IMG/VR virus record: IMGVR_UViG_3300027986_000024
Span: 1 to 30,209 of that record
DNA: 30,209 nt
From: a virus
Lineage: Duplodnaviria; Caudoviricetes
Strand: one strand, 5' to 3'
In this document: one piece after another, positions 15,200 through 24,709 of the stretch
How the letters are laid out: each line of letters starts with the position of its first letter
Numbering within the stretch: position 1 is the first letter of the stretch
Notes under the pieces: model-generated
The model's input: only the letters and a program-made list of their open reading frames with translations
Told to the model about the DNA's origin: nothing
The model's database searches: none
Program-made: the position numbers and the translations under genes

Positions 15200-15880
15200 T
15201 TAGAACTTCATACTCACGCCGGTACGGAATCCCGTACCCAGCGCCGGGCACTTCTGCGGTGCGCCAAGACAGATATCACTCGACTGAATTGCCACGCCAG
15301 CGTAGGCGTCGATCACCGCGTTCCAGTTGTTCGAGAGCTTAACCGGGACGAGCATTCCCGGGCCGAACACCCCATAGACCATCCAGGCCTTGCCAGTGGT
15401 CAGCCCGACCTGAGTCGAGATATCATCTTCGTAGATCGCCGCGAAGACATAGCTCTGCGTCGGGCCATCGGCCGTTACCCCAACCGGGAGCACCGGCGAT
15501 GGGATCGCGCCGGTGAAGCTGGTCGGGAGGAACTGCAAGTAAGGCAGCTCCACACCGATCCTCTGGCCAAGATGCGCGGGGCCGGAGAGGGAGAACCCCG
15601 CCGTCCCTGCGTTGAGGTTCTGGAAGTCCGCCAGCCCCTCCACAAACCACGGAATGCCGTTGAACTGGCAGGCGTAGCCCACCACTCCACCGATATCTCC
15701 GCCGACTGCGTAGGTGCCGGAGGTAACGCCGGTTACTTGGTTCGCCGAGCCTTCGGCGTTGATGCCGTAGAATACCCCGCACTTCTGCGGGTATCCGGGG
15801 ATAGGAGCCTTGACCGGTAGGTCCGCTGCCCCCGCCACCCCTGGCATGAGCAACAAAGCTGCGTAGAGTAGCTTTCTCAT
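15200..15880 (-). CDS. outer-membrane beta-barrel protein (Omp25/Omp31/RopB-like N-terminus)
   Basis: Sec signal MRKLLYAALLLMPGVAGA followed by ADLPVKAP; alternating beta strands (GGDIGGVVGY); C-terminal Phe (TGVSMKF). Confidence 0.8.
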   Translation of the reverse strand: MRKLLYAALLLMPGVAGAADLPVKAPIPGYPQKCGVFYGINAEGSANQVTGVTSGTYAVGGDIGGVVGYACQFNGIPWFVEGLADFQNLNAGTAGFSLSGPAHLGQRIGVELPYLQFLPTSFTGAIPSPVLPVGVTADGPTQSYVFAAIYEDDISTQVGLTTGKAWMVYGVFGPGMLVPVKLSNNWNAVIDAYAGVAIQSSDICLGAPQKCPALGTGFRTGVSMKF

Positions 15881-16059
15881 GTTTCCCTCTTAGGTAAGGA
15901 GTTGAATATCCCCACGACCTTCTCAGCGGTTTTCAACGCCGATTTGATCTCAGGGTCGCCTTGCAACCGCTCAAAGGTTACCAACGCCTTCTGTATCTCG
16001 GGCAGGAGCGGTTGAAGTTGCTGCGCGAGAGAGAAGTAGTCCTCGATCCAAAGGGTCAT
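15877..16059 (-). CDS. small amphipathic hypothetical protein in the lysis cassette
   Basis: ATGA overlaps at both ends; SD AAGGAG. Confidence 0.6.
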   Translation of the reverse strand: MTLWIEDYFSLAQQLQPLLPEIQKALVTFERLQGDPEIKSALKTAEKVVGIFNSLPKRET

Positions 16060-16304
16060 GGCTTAGGTGGCTCCTTTGGCCCGAGGTAGAAGCCTTTGGT
16101 CTGGCCGGGCGCGGACGGGATCGCGGCGAGGACTGCATTGATTGCATTGCCAACACCAACAATGAGTGCATCGCCGGCAAGGATTGCTTTAACCTCGCCT
16201 GGGCTAAGACCAAGATCAGTGAACTGCGCCCCAGCACCGCCAAGGAAGCCGAGAACGGCGAGGCTGATGCTGAGGTAGAAGCTAACTCGCGGGTCGATTG
16301 TCAT
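16056..16304 (-). CDS. putative holin
   Basis: 82 aa with two hydrophobic segments, directly downstream of the endolysin. Confidence 0.6.
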   Translation of the reverse strand: MTIDPRVSFYLSISLAVLGFLGGAGAQFTDLGLSPGEVKAILAGDALIVGVGNAINAVLAAIPSAPGQTKGFYLGPKEPPKP

Positions 16305-16311
16305 TGTTCCC

Positions 16312-16782
16312 TCACTTTGTCAGAAAGAGTTTCGCCTCACGCTGCCTACGCCCGAGGAGGACAGGAACCATCGCCCCGTGCATATGTGCGTAGCGCCAAG
16401 CCTCGAAGGCGTTGGTGATTCGGGTTGGGTCGGTGATTCCGTTGTTGACCAGGATCAGAAGGCCCGAACGATCCAGCGCGCCGGTGTTGAAGTCAAAGCT
16501 AACCAGCGCGTCGAACTCGTTCTGCGTCAGTCCAACCTTCACATGCTGGTTGATATCCGCTTCGACCGAGGCGAGATCAGAGCCGAGGATGGCATCGGCC
16601 ATATCGGCGGTGATCGTCATTCCAGGGTAGACCCTCGGTAGCCCCGCTGCGGAGGTGTGGCCAAAGCCGATGGTCCAGGTCCCTGTTCCGTCGTTGTACG
16701 CGGTTAGCTTCGGCCGCCCGCTCTCTTCCTCGATCTCGATGAACTTTCTTCCATTCGGCGAGGTCTTCATTGGTTGCATCAT
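16312..16782 (-). CDS. endolysin, GH24 lysozyme
   Basis: E..KLTAYNDGTGTWTIGFGHT, LTQNEFDALVSFDFNTG, LLGRRQREAKLF; start at ATG 16782 coupled to the upstream stop. Confidence 0.93.
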   Translation of the reverse strand: MMQPMKTSPNGRKFIEIEEESGRPKLTAYNDGTGTWTIGFGHTSAAGLPRVYPGMTITADMADAILGSDLASVEADINQHVKVGLTQNEFDALVSFDFNTGALDRSGLLILVNNGITDPTRITNAFEAWRYAHMHGAMVPVLLGRRQREAKLFLTK

Positions 16783-19700
16783 CGCCTCTGCTCCCTCATT
16801 TGCCCGTGCCAAAGTCCGTTAAAGACATCTTTCAAATCCCTCGGCCGTTGCTGACCGGTGGAGTAGTCGTAGACGAATTGCGCAGTGCGGCCCATTTGGG
16901 CATTGGCCAACCCACTCAACGCGCCGAAGGCGGTTATCGTATGCCGAATAGTCTTCCCTGCGTGGGCCTTGTTAAGGCTAACTTCGCCTTTTCCGATATC
17001 CTTGAGCGAATCCGTCAGCATCTTCGCAGAGGTAGCGTAGAGGCCGACGGTTGGATCGCGCCCGCCGAGGTAGGCTTCGACCAAATCCCGAACCAACGGC
17101 AGCGAACTTGCCATTGTCCGCGCGCCCCAACTCGCAACCTTTACCGCCGTTGGCTCTTGCCCAGTCGCGATTGGAGAGACGAGTTGCTCGACCAGTGCAG
17201 GGAATACAATGAAGGCCCAAAGCCCCTTCGCCAAGTTCGGCAACTCCTTCAACCCGGCTTTATACTCTCCACTCCGCTCCTGCTCCAAGCTCCTTCCCTC
17301 AATCGCATCCTTCGCCCTCCACGCCATCTCATACTGGCGTTGGAACATCTCGTTGAAGAAGGTATAGAACGGCGTAGCCAACTGCGCTAGCGGACCCCCG
17401 CGCATGATACGTGGCCGGGCGGCAACCGCGGATGATCCGTGGGCCCTTCGCACGGCGGTATCGGCGAAGGCAACGGCATCCCCATGCTCTGCTCCGGCTC
17501 GGATTTGATCTTTGTATGCTGCGAGCCAAGTGGGTACTGCCGAAAGTAGATCACTGATAGCAACAGGAGTAGCACCGAACTTAATAACAGAATTACGAAG
17601 AGTGTTTTCACCAAAGAGGTCCTGCTGTGCACCACTGAGAGTCTCCTGCCAATTGCGATGTCTGCGTTGAAGTTCTTCACTCCCGCCCCAAGGCTTTCCA
17701 TCGACGATCCCGCCCTTCATTGCGAAGGTCCAGTTTCTCTCGCCGAGTTCGTCATTCATGGAGAGGAGGCCGGTTAGTTCGCGGAGGAAGCTCGCTGCGC
17801 CGACTTCTTTGATTGAGAGCGCCGCAGCGGTAGGGCCGTGTTTAAGCACGGTGGAGGGATTCAGCCCGATCAAGGTCGCGGTTACGTTCTGTCTTGCGTA
17901 CTCAAGGTACCTCATCGCCGCAGTCTGCGCTGCGTCTTTGTACTGGCGCTGGCCAGCAATGTCCTTTAGATACGGAATGAGAAGGTCCTTAATCTCCTTC
18001 GAGTAGGTCTTCGTCACCGCCATCTGGAACTTCGGATCGTAGAAGACCTTCGCGACTTCCGTCACCGCTGGCCGCATGGCGATGTCGTTGATCATCGCCT
18101 TCATCTTCGTCGGGATAGCATCGAAGTCGAGTTTGATCGGCGCGGCGTAGCCGGTTCGGGCTTTGGTGTAACCAGAAGGAGTGGCGACGCGATAATACGA
18201 GCCGTCTTCCAAAGGACTAGGGCCCATAAGTTTCTTGGACGAACCGGGCCGCAAGGGATCATAGACAATAGGGTGATACCACCCGCGATAAGTGCCAAAC
18301 GGAGTTTCAATAGGACGGATGTCGATCTTAGCTGGAGCGACTCCAGAAAGCTCCTGATACATCCCCGCGGATTCCTCGAAAAGCTGCTCAAAGATATCTC
18401 CCAGCTTCTGCGCTCGATCCCAATCCTCCTTCGTGGTGTTCTGAAACAACCACTGCATGATCGAGTTCTTATCCTGAATCTTATACCCCCGCGCGAGCTT
18501 GTCGAGCTGGCTCGCGTTGCCGACGTTCTGTAAGACCGCGAGAAGGTTCCCTCTCGTGAACCCTTCCTTAAGCTCCCCATCCTCGAGCGGATCGCGGAAG
18601 AGCGTGTTCTCCACCCGCTTCTTCAAATCTCCGAAATCGGGCAGTCCTTTATACAATCGGCTGTACTTCGTCTCAAGTGTATTAGCTGTATGACTTCCCT
18701 CAAAGATAGGTTGAGTAACCGCCTTTCGGAAGATTCCCTTTGGATCGCCGCGGTCAAAACGGTTGAAAATGCTCTCGATCTGGAGGAGGGAGGCCCAGTA
18801 GGTTCGGAGGGCATGGCCGACGCCCTGGTCCTTATGGCCGAAAGCATACTGCTTCTCCTTTCCCTCGAACAGCTTCGCGAGTTGCGAGGTCATCGTCGAG
18901 ATCGTCTCGGTAAGATCGCGCTTCTCACCTGCGACGAGAATCTTCTTCTCATCTGCGCCGTTCTTAATCAGCGTCTTCAAGGAATTATGCACCGCGCGGA
19001 ACTCTTCCGGCGTCATCTGCTCAACCGGCTTGCGATAGTTCGAGTCGAAGAGGAACGGCGCGACGGGCATTACCTGAAAATCTGATGGGGAGTTCTCATC
19101 CCCTTCCCAGATAGCGCTATCGTAGTTCTTCGCTTGGACGAACTTCTCCAAGTCCCCCTGCGCTTCACGGCCGATAGCCTCTTGTAAATCCTGCACGCTG
19201 CGTCTAACAACATTCCCAGTTCGCATGAGGATATCGTGAATCCAGTTGGTGTACTCCGACGGGACTCCGCTGACTTCGCGCTTCGCAAACCGCTTAGCGA
19301 TTCGATCAAACCCCTTGCGCTCCTTTTCGAGTCGTTTAGCTTCATTTGCAAGGAGAAAGCTGAGATATTGTTCTTGTTTCGCTTTGAAGGCGTCAGTGGG
19401 TTTGTCATCGAGGAGGGCCCTCTCTGCTTTCGCTCCTGCCCTTCCAGCCTGCGCGAGGTATTTGTCGGTGGAGTGTTGGCCCAGCGCAGCGCGATTGAAC
19501 TCTTGCTTAACCCAGTCCTTCACATCTTCTTTGGAGATCGCGAGTTCGCCTCCGGCCTTTTGGCCTAACGCCAGCATCTCCTCGTGAAGCAAATCCATCT
19601 GCGTCTGGGAGATCACATGGTCCTTCGCCTCTTCGAGGATATTCTCCTCAAGATTCCCGAACCGCTTTCGCATCTCCCGCTCAGTCTCGGCGTCAACCAT

Positions 19701-22301
19701 CCGAGAGAAATGCGCCGCAGGCGTTAGCCCCTCCAGCTTCCTCTCCCCTTCTAACCCAGCCAGTCTCCGAAGTAACTGCTCACCCGATTGATAACCAAAT
19801 AAGCCAGCCAGATCATCAGCGCGAACGCCATCAGGGCTGAGATAGTCGTTAGGAAGCTGCCTGCGAAGCTCCTCTGGAACATCGGCGCTGGCGATCTTGA
19901 CCCGCTTTGCTTTCTTCCCATAGAGTTCTCCTGTTCGGAGGAAGCGGTCGGCCGCGAGGTCGGGGCGGGAGGAGAGGTCGGCCTCAACCTCCTTACGGGT
20001 GGAAGCGAAGTTCTCCTTCCACTCCTTCGTCTGCTGCTGACGAGCTAGCTTATCCGCGCGGGCCTGTTGGTGTTCAAGGTCCTCCGCTTGCCGCTTGGCG
20101 ATTAACTCTTGGTAGCGGGAGTATTGGTCCTTGGTCATGCCGATTGCAGCGGCCTTAGTGAAGAGGTCGTCGCCTTCGGGCTTCGCCGCAAGTGCCTCAT
20201 CCTTCCCAAGCGTAACCCCCCTCGCCTTCGCCTCTACCTGCTCGAACTCCCGCTGCAAATGAAACAACCCATCCACCATTGTATCCGGGATATCATGGCC
20301 GGGGAAGACCTTCTCCAGGATCAACTTCACAATTCGCCGAAAGGCATCGTAGATGCTCTTGCCAGCGGGGGACTTCATGCCGAGGTCTTGCGCAAGCTCG
20401 ACCGACATTGGCATCATTGAAAGGGAATGCTGGAATTGAGTGTCGGACCAAGCCTGTGCCCAAAACTCCCTTTCATTCTGGAACGCGTAGGCGTGGCCGC
20501 CTTCTTTGAGCAGGTCCGGCTCGTTGATTTCCAAGAACTTCTGCGCGGATTTCATCATAGAGACGACTTTCGCGCGGAGTTCGGGGTTCTCCTCCATTGC
20601 GTGGACTGACAGCGCGTGGCCACCTTCGTGAAGTACGGCGTACTGCGCAAACCCGGGCGCGCGGGACTTGCCCGCAGCGAGCCGATCCGACATGTAAATC
20701 TCGTCGGTGCTGGGGGAGTAGAACGCCAAGGCGTAGTTATCTCCCCCTCTCCCCTCGCCGAACTGCGCACCGGAAATCCGCTTCATGTCCTCGTCTTTAA
20801 CAATCCGAATCGGCACATCCCCAGCAAGCTTGGCGAGGCGGTCTTTGTAGAACTCTTGGAGAACCGCGGGGATGCCTGTCGTGTCGATCTTGATCTTATT
20901 CAGCGCATCGCGGAGTGGGAAGTTCATGTAAGGAGTGAACTTCTCTCCGCCTTTAGCTTCTATCTCCCCGCCTTCGTAGTGGGTGGCAGAAGCCGGGACG
21001 ATGGAGCGGTCGGCTTGAGGCTGGCGGAGAAGAGGTTCGGCGGTGGAGGTAGCAGCGCGAACGGCTTCGACTTCGGGGATTTGGGAAGGCGGCCGAGGCT
21101 CAACTTCCTTCGGCTCTTCCCCCTTCGCCGCTTGCAGATCATCCAACGTCAGCCCACCCGGCCGAACTCGAAGGAAATCATGCACCGCATCGGCGGTTTC
21201 AGGCGAAGCCTTTGCTAGCCAATCCGCGAGCGGGATTTCGATATCGCCGCCAGTCGCGAGGGCAAGGTCATATTGATCGAGGATATTAGGTGCCCATCCC
21301 AGCTTCGTGTCTCCAACCTCGGGACGCCCGTCACCATAAAGCTGGCGGAGTCCTTCTGCTGAGATGCCAATTCGGTTATCTGTATGTTGCCGAATGAAAT
21401 CAGCGAAAAGTTCCGGGCTACGCTCGCGAGTAGAAGATTTTTGAGCTTCTTTGAATGTCTCATCCAGCGCCTTGACATCTAGCTTCGCCTGTTCCTGATG
21501 GAGTTGATCCACCGCCGGATGTAGCCCAACTGGCGGCTCCTCTCCAGCAGTTATGTAATGCGCGGCGTGGTACAATCCTCGGTTATGCGCCAGCATTGCA
21601 AACGGTAACTCCGCCGCTTCGCCAGCAGGACCGAGGCTCGCTGCGAGGCCGGGGTCGGTCAATGTTTGCAACAACGCCTCGGCGTAGTCCGGGCCCTTCT
21701 CCACCCCAAGCCGCTTGGCAGTCTCGCCAGCTACGCCGGTTAGGCCAGTGATCATCCCGCTCCCGATTCGCTGAGCTTGATAGACCTGTCCAAAGGGCGT
21801 GTTGAGGAAAGCGCGGTTGAGCATATCGGAGACGACGGGATTACCCGTCAACCGATTCAGCTTCTCCATCTCATCCCGAGTCAGCCCCGCCGGCCCTTCG
21901 CCGTAGCCTTCCTTAAAGCTCTCTACGGCTTTCTTAAAGAAGGAAGTATCGCCAAGGCGAGTGAGGGCTTGGGAAACCGCATCGAGTTGGCCCCAGTCAT
22001 CAGCGGAGACTTTCGGCGCGAGGGGATGGGAGAGGGCGTACTGACGGAGGTATTGGTTGTTGGTGAGGAGAGCCGAAGTCAGCGCGGCCTTATGCTGCTG
22101 TTGGAACTCATCGAGGTTGCCATAGACCAGCGCAGGGTTGGCGCCTGTCGCCTGCGACAACTCCATCGCCCGCCCAGCGTCGTCTGGGTTATCCTCAAGC
22201 GAAGTCACCGCCGCTGTCTGCGCATCCCTCCGTGAGCGCATGATCCAGTCCATTGCATCGGCAGGAGACGCCGAGCTATCAGGGCTGATTGGGTCCGCCA
22301 C
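16779..22301 (-). CDS. very large internal virion/DNA-ejection protein (T7 gp16-like position) with a zincin-like HExxH domain
   Basis: ~1840 aa, helical; last of three internal virion genes; AVLHEGGHAL...NEREFWAQAWSD; GTG 22301 coupled to the upstream TAG. Confidence 0.75.
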   Translation of the reverse strand: MADPISPDSSASPADAMDWIMRSRRDAQTAAVTSLEDNPDDAGRAMELSQATGANPALVYGNLDEFQQQHKAALTSALLTNNQYLRQYALSHPLAPKVSADDWGQLDAVSQALTRLGDTSFFKKAVESFKEGYGEGPAGLTRDEMEKLNRLTGNPVVSDMLNRAFLNTPFGQVYQAQRIGSGMITGLTGVAGETAKRLGVEKGPDYAEALLQTLTDPGLAASLGPAGEAAELPFAMLAHNRGLYHAAHYITAGEEPPVGLHPAVDQLHQEQAKLDVKALDETFKEAQKSSTRERSPELFADFIRQHTDNRIGISAEGLRQLYGDGRPEVGDTKLGWAPNILDQYDLALATGGDIEIPLADWLAKASPETADAVHDFLRVRPGGLTLDDLQAAKGEEPKEVEPRPPSQIPEVEAVRAATSTAEPLLRQPQADRSIVPASATHYEGGEIEAKGGEKFTPYMNFPLRDALNKIKIDTTGIPAVLQEFYKDRLAKLAGDVPIRIVKDEDMKRISGAQFGEGRGGDNYALAFYSPSTDEIYMSDRLAAGKSRAPGFAQYAVLHEGGHALSVHAMEENPELRAKVVSMMKSAQKFLEINEPDLLKEGGHAYAFQNEREFWAQAWSDTQFQHSLSMMPMSVELAQDLGMKSPAGKSIYDAFRRIVKLILEKVFPGHDIPDTMVDGLFHLQREFEQVEAKARGVTLGKDEALAAKPEGDDLFTKAAAIGMTKDQYSRYQELIAKRQAEDLEHQQARADKLARQQQTKEWKENFASTRKEVEADLSSRPDLAADRFLRTGELYGKKAKRVKIASADVPEELRRQLPNDYLSPDGVRADDLAGLFGYQSGEQLLRRLAGLEGERKLEGLTPAAHFSRMVDAETEREMRKRFGNLEENILEEAKDHVISQTQMDLLHEEMLALGQKAGGELAISKEDVKDWVKQEFNRAALGQHSTDKYLAQAGRAGAKAERALLDDKPTDAFKAKQEQYLSFLLANEAKRLEKERKGFDRIAKRFAKREVSGVPSEYTNWIHDILMRTGNVVRRSVQDLQEAIGREAQGDLEKFVQAKNYDSAIWEGDENSPSDFQVMPVAPFLFDSNYRKPVEQMTPEEFRAVHNSLKTLIKNGADEKKILVAGEKRDLTETISTMTSQLAKLFEGKEKQYAFGHKDQGVGHALRTYWASLLQIESIFNRFDRGDPKGIFRKAVTQPIFEGSHTANTLETKYSRLYKGLPDFGDLKKRVENTLFRDPLEDGELKEGFTRGNLLAVLQNVGNASQLDKLARGYKIQDKNSIMQWLFQNTTKEDWDRAQKLGDIFEQLFEESAGMYQELSGVAPAKIDIRPIETPFGTYRGWYHPIVYDPLRPGSSKKLMGPSPLEDGSYYRVATPSGYTKARTGYAAPIKLDFDAIPTKMKAMINDIAMRPAVTEVAKVFYDPKFQMAVTKTYSKEIKDLLIPYLKDIAGQRQYKDAAQTAAMRYLEYARQNVTATLIGLNPSTVLKHGPTAAALSIKEVGAASFLRELTGLLSMNDELGERNWTFAMKGGIVDGKPWGGSEELQRRHRNWQETLSGAQQDLFGENTLRNSVIKFGATPVAISDLLSAVPTWLAAYKDQIRAGAEHGDAVAFADTAVRRAHGSSAVAARPRIMRGGPLAQLATPFYTFFNEMFQRQYEMAWRAKDAIEGRSLEQERSGEYKAGLKELPNLAKGLWAFIVFPALVEQLVSPIATGQEPTAVKVASWGARTMASSLPLVRDLVEAYLGGRDPTVGLYATSAKMLTDSLKDIGKGEVSLNKAHAGKTIRHTITAFGALSGLANAQMGRTAQFVYDYSTGQQRPRDLKDVFNGLWHGQMREQRR

Positions 22302-22495
22302 TAATGCTTCGCCTTTCGTGGTATAAAGCATTCAATTATGCTATGCGTGCCATCTTGCGGAATTGTGGAACAACACTCCTTACACGGCATTCCTGCTCCG
22401 CAATCGCAAACATCTGGCCAAGGTCGATCTGGATGGTTTTCGCATACACATCCAGTATCTTCACAAAGGCTACACATGAAGCTATTGAGCGCCAC
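22301..22495 (-). CDS. Cys-rich zinc-binding minigene
   Basis: CSLCEDTGCVCENHPDRPWPDVCDCGAGMPCKEC; fills the gap between two ejection genes and overlaps both. Confidence 0.65.
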   Translation of the reverse strand: MALNSFMCSLCEDTGCVCENHPDRPWPDVCDCGAGMPCKECCSTIPQDGTHSIIECFIPRKAKH

Positions 22496-24173
22496 TCGGC
22501 TTTTCCTTGTGATAAAGCTGGATGAACTGGCTTCTTACGAATGCGCGGTTGATTTCTTCGTCCGTCGGCGCTGGTTCGCCTCTGCGCTCGGCCTCAGCTT
22601 TGAGGTCATCTCCCCAGCCTTTCGGCACGTCTTGATCGAAGAAGGGCCGGTTGGCCGACCAGAAGTGCGTCCCAGCGCGTTGCTTGATAACCTGCGGGCC
22701 GATTGTCTCGACGATGTCCTTGTATCCTGGAGGGCGCTTGTTCTCTTCCTGCCAAACGTCGATGGCGCTAGAGAGCGCGCCGGTGAAGTGGTCGAATTGG
22801 TCTTTGTTGTTTTCGTTCCGATGGAAGATGCCGAGGGCTTCAAGCTCGCTCCCGCGCGAGGCACGCATCCAGCCGACGGCACGAGCGACGCGAGGGTCAT
22901 CCTGCGGGTTCTTGATAAGCGTCGCCTTTCGATTCATCAACTGCCGCATCTGCTGTTGAGAGACATTCTGCGCGGAGATGTCGAGGTCGAGGAAGGAGGA
23001 GGGATCGTTGTAGGACATCCCCCAGAGTTGGGTGAAGTTGTCTTCATGCGCGGACTTCAACCGTGCTGCATTGAAGTTGTTAATTGCAGCAGGGATTTTG
23101 TTTCGCTTATTCGCAGGCAACGCGTCGATGGCAGCAGCGACTTGCGGATCGAGGCGGAGTTCGCGTTCGTCTTTCACGCCTTTGCCGATTGCCTCATCGA
23201 CGGTCTGGAGGTTAGTCATATCTTCTTGCTTCTGGGCGTAGTGCTTTTGGTTATAAACTCCCCTCAGCGTCTGAATCGCGTGCTGAGCAAAGAGCGGATC
23301 ATCATGCGCGTATTTCGGCGCTTGCTTCTCAACATCCGCTTCCATGTCCTTCAAGGACTTACTCGGATCGAAGATGTTGTTAGCGAGGATTGCCCCGCCA
23401 ATTGCTCGGTTCTGCGCGCGGACGATATCACTGACGTGATCGAAGTCATCCTGCGTCATTTGCTCTTTGTACTTATCTAGCATCTGGAATGCGTGAGGCG
23501 GATCGGTCTTCGACACCTCACCGATCTGACCGAGGCGGAAGTGGGAGGTCTGCTTCAACTTCCAATCCTGCCGCTGCGGCTCTTCCCAGTTCTGCGCTCC
23601 AGCGATGACGTGAGACTGATCGTCGATATCCTGAACCTTCTGCTCTGCCTCCTCTTCATCGGTCGGGTTGACCATTGTCTTCGCGGCGAGGTCGGCTTTA
23701 GCCTGCGCAGTGCCGACTACCCAGCGCTTGTTCTCGTTACCTGCGTGGCCCGCAGCATTGAAGATATTTCGTTGAAGGAATCCGAGCGAAGCCGAGTCGT
23801 ACATCCGCTGAGCGGCAGGATTCGATAGATTATCCCTGATCGACTGACGCAGTTGATGGCTCTGATCAATATAGGGCTTGAGCCCATCCACCGCTGCCTT
23901 GCCCTCCTTCGCAGTGTAATCCGCGTGAAGCAGCCCTTGCTGCTCCGCATACTTCGCGTCGGCTTCCCTCGCTTCGGTTTCGTTCTTGATATCTTGGAAT
24001 CCAACCGCTCGCTGAAATAGCTCGCTCCCAACCTGATCAAAGCTCGTCCCGAGTTGCTTCAACGCCGCGCCGATGTTCTCACCAAACGCCGCAGGCGGGG
24101 TGTTGACGCTGATCCGCTCGCCGGGGGAGGATGGCTGGGCAGTGGAGTAGGGTTGATAAGGGACTTGTGGCAT
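22482..24173 (-). CDS. internal virion protein (gp15-like position)
   Basis: MPQVP N-terminus, Ala/Gln-rich helical protein, syntenic position. Confidence 0.7.
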   Translation of the reverse strand: MPQVPYQPYSTAQPSSPGERISVNTPPAAFGENIGAALKQLGTSFDQVGSELFQRAVGFQDIKNETEAREADAKYAEQQGLLHADYTAKEGKAAVDGLKPYIDQSHQLRQSIRDNLSNPAAQRMYDSASLGFLQRNIFNAAGHAGNENKRWVVGTAQAKADLAAKTMVNPTDEEEAEQKVQDIDDQSHVIAGAQNWEEPQRQDWKLKQTSHFRLGQIGEVSKTDPPHAFQMLDKYKEQMTQDDFDHVSDIVRAQNRAIGGAILANNIFDPSKSLKDMEADVEKQAPKYAHDDPLFAQHAIQTLRGVYNQKHYAQKQEDMTNLQTVDEAIGKGVKDERELRLDPQVAAAIDALPANKRNKIPAAINNFNAARLKSAHEDNFTQLWGMSYNDPSSFLDLDISAQNVSQQQMRQLMNRKATLIKNPQDDPRVARAVGWMRASRGSELEALGIFHRNENNKDQFDHFTGALSSAIDVWQEENKRPPGYKDIVETIGPQVIKQRAGTHFWSANRPFFDQDVPKGWGDDLKAEAERRGEPAPTDEEINRAFVRSQFIQLYHKEKPSGAQ

Positions 24174-24709
24174 TAGCCGTTGAATATCCCTGTCTGAATT
24201 CCTTGCAGGAACTTACTGCTAACCGAGCCAGCACCGCCGATTATCGAACTCGCCGCGCCGATATCCCCAGCGGTGGTCGAAGTCAGCGCCGCGAACTGAT
24301 ACGCCCCAGCCTGTGCGGTGTCCTCCGCCGCGGCGACGTTGAAGCCATAGGCCCGTTTCGCTGCGTTCGCGCGAGTGATTGCTTCGTTCTGCTGGCCGAT
24401 CTCGATCTCGCTCTTCGCGACCTTGCTCGCGGTGCCAGAGTTGACTGCGATATTCCCTGCGCCAAAACCGACTTTCGTCGCTCCCACCTCCGCGCGAGTG
24501 CGCATTCCATGCTGTTGCGCTTCGACCTCGCCAGTCGCGACGGAATAGTTCGCATCCTGCTGGGCCAGGGTCTTATTCGCCAACGCGACCCCGGCCTGAT
24601 AGTTATACATATTCGCTTGGGCCTGCCCCTGAAAGAGGCTCCCAATCGCGCTAGTTAACCCACCAGCGGCGCTAGCTCCAATTCCGGCTGCGGCAAGAGG
24701 AAATGCCAC
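24173..24709 (-). CDS. internal virion protein (gp14-like)
   Basis: Ala/Gly-rich with hydrophobic termini, QGQAQANMYNYQA, GAGNIAVNSGT; follows the gp13-like gene. Confidence 0.75.
   Translation of the reverse strand: MAFPLAAAGIGASAAGGLTSAIGSLFQGQAQANMYNYQAGVALANKTLAQQDANYSVATGEVEAQQHGMRTRAEVGATKVGFGAGNIAVNSGTASKVAKSEIEIGQQNEAITRANAAKRAYGFNVAAAEDTAQAGAYQFAALTSTTAGDIGAASSIIGGAGSVSSKFLQGIQTGIFNG

Noticed and set aside
16770-21276. Numerous 60-200 aa ORFs overlapping the 1840-aa gene on either strand
   Set aside because: Alternative-frame or antisense ORFs with no SD, coupling or recognisable motifs.
22338-23480. 380-aa ORF on the + strand
   Set aside because: Antisense shadow of the 563-aa internal virion gene; TTG start, no SD, no motifs. 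Such shadows are common in GC-rich coding DNA.
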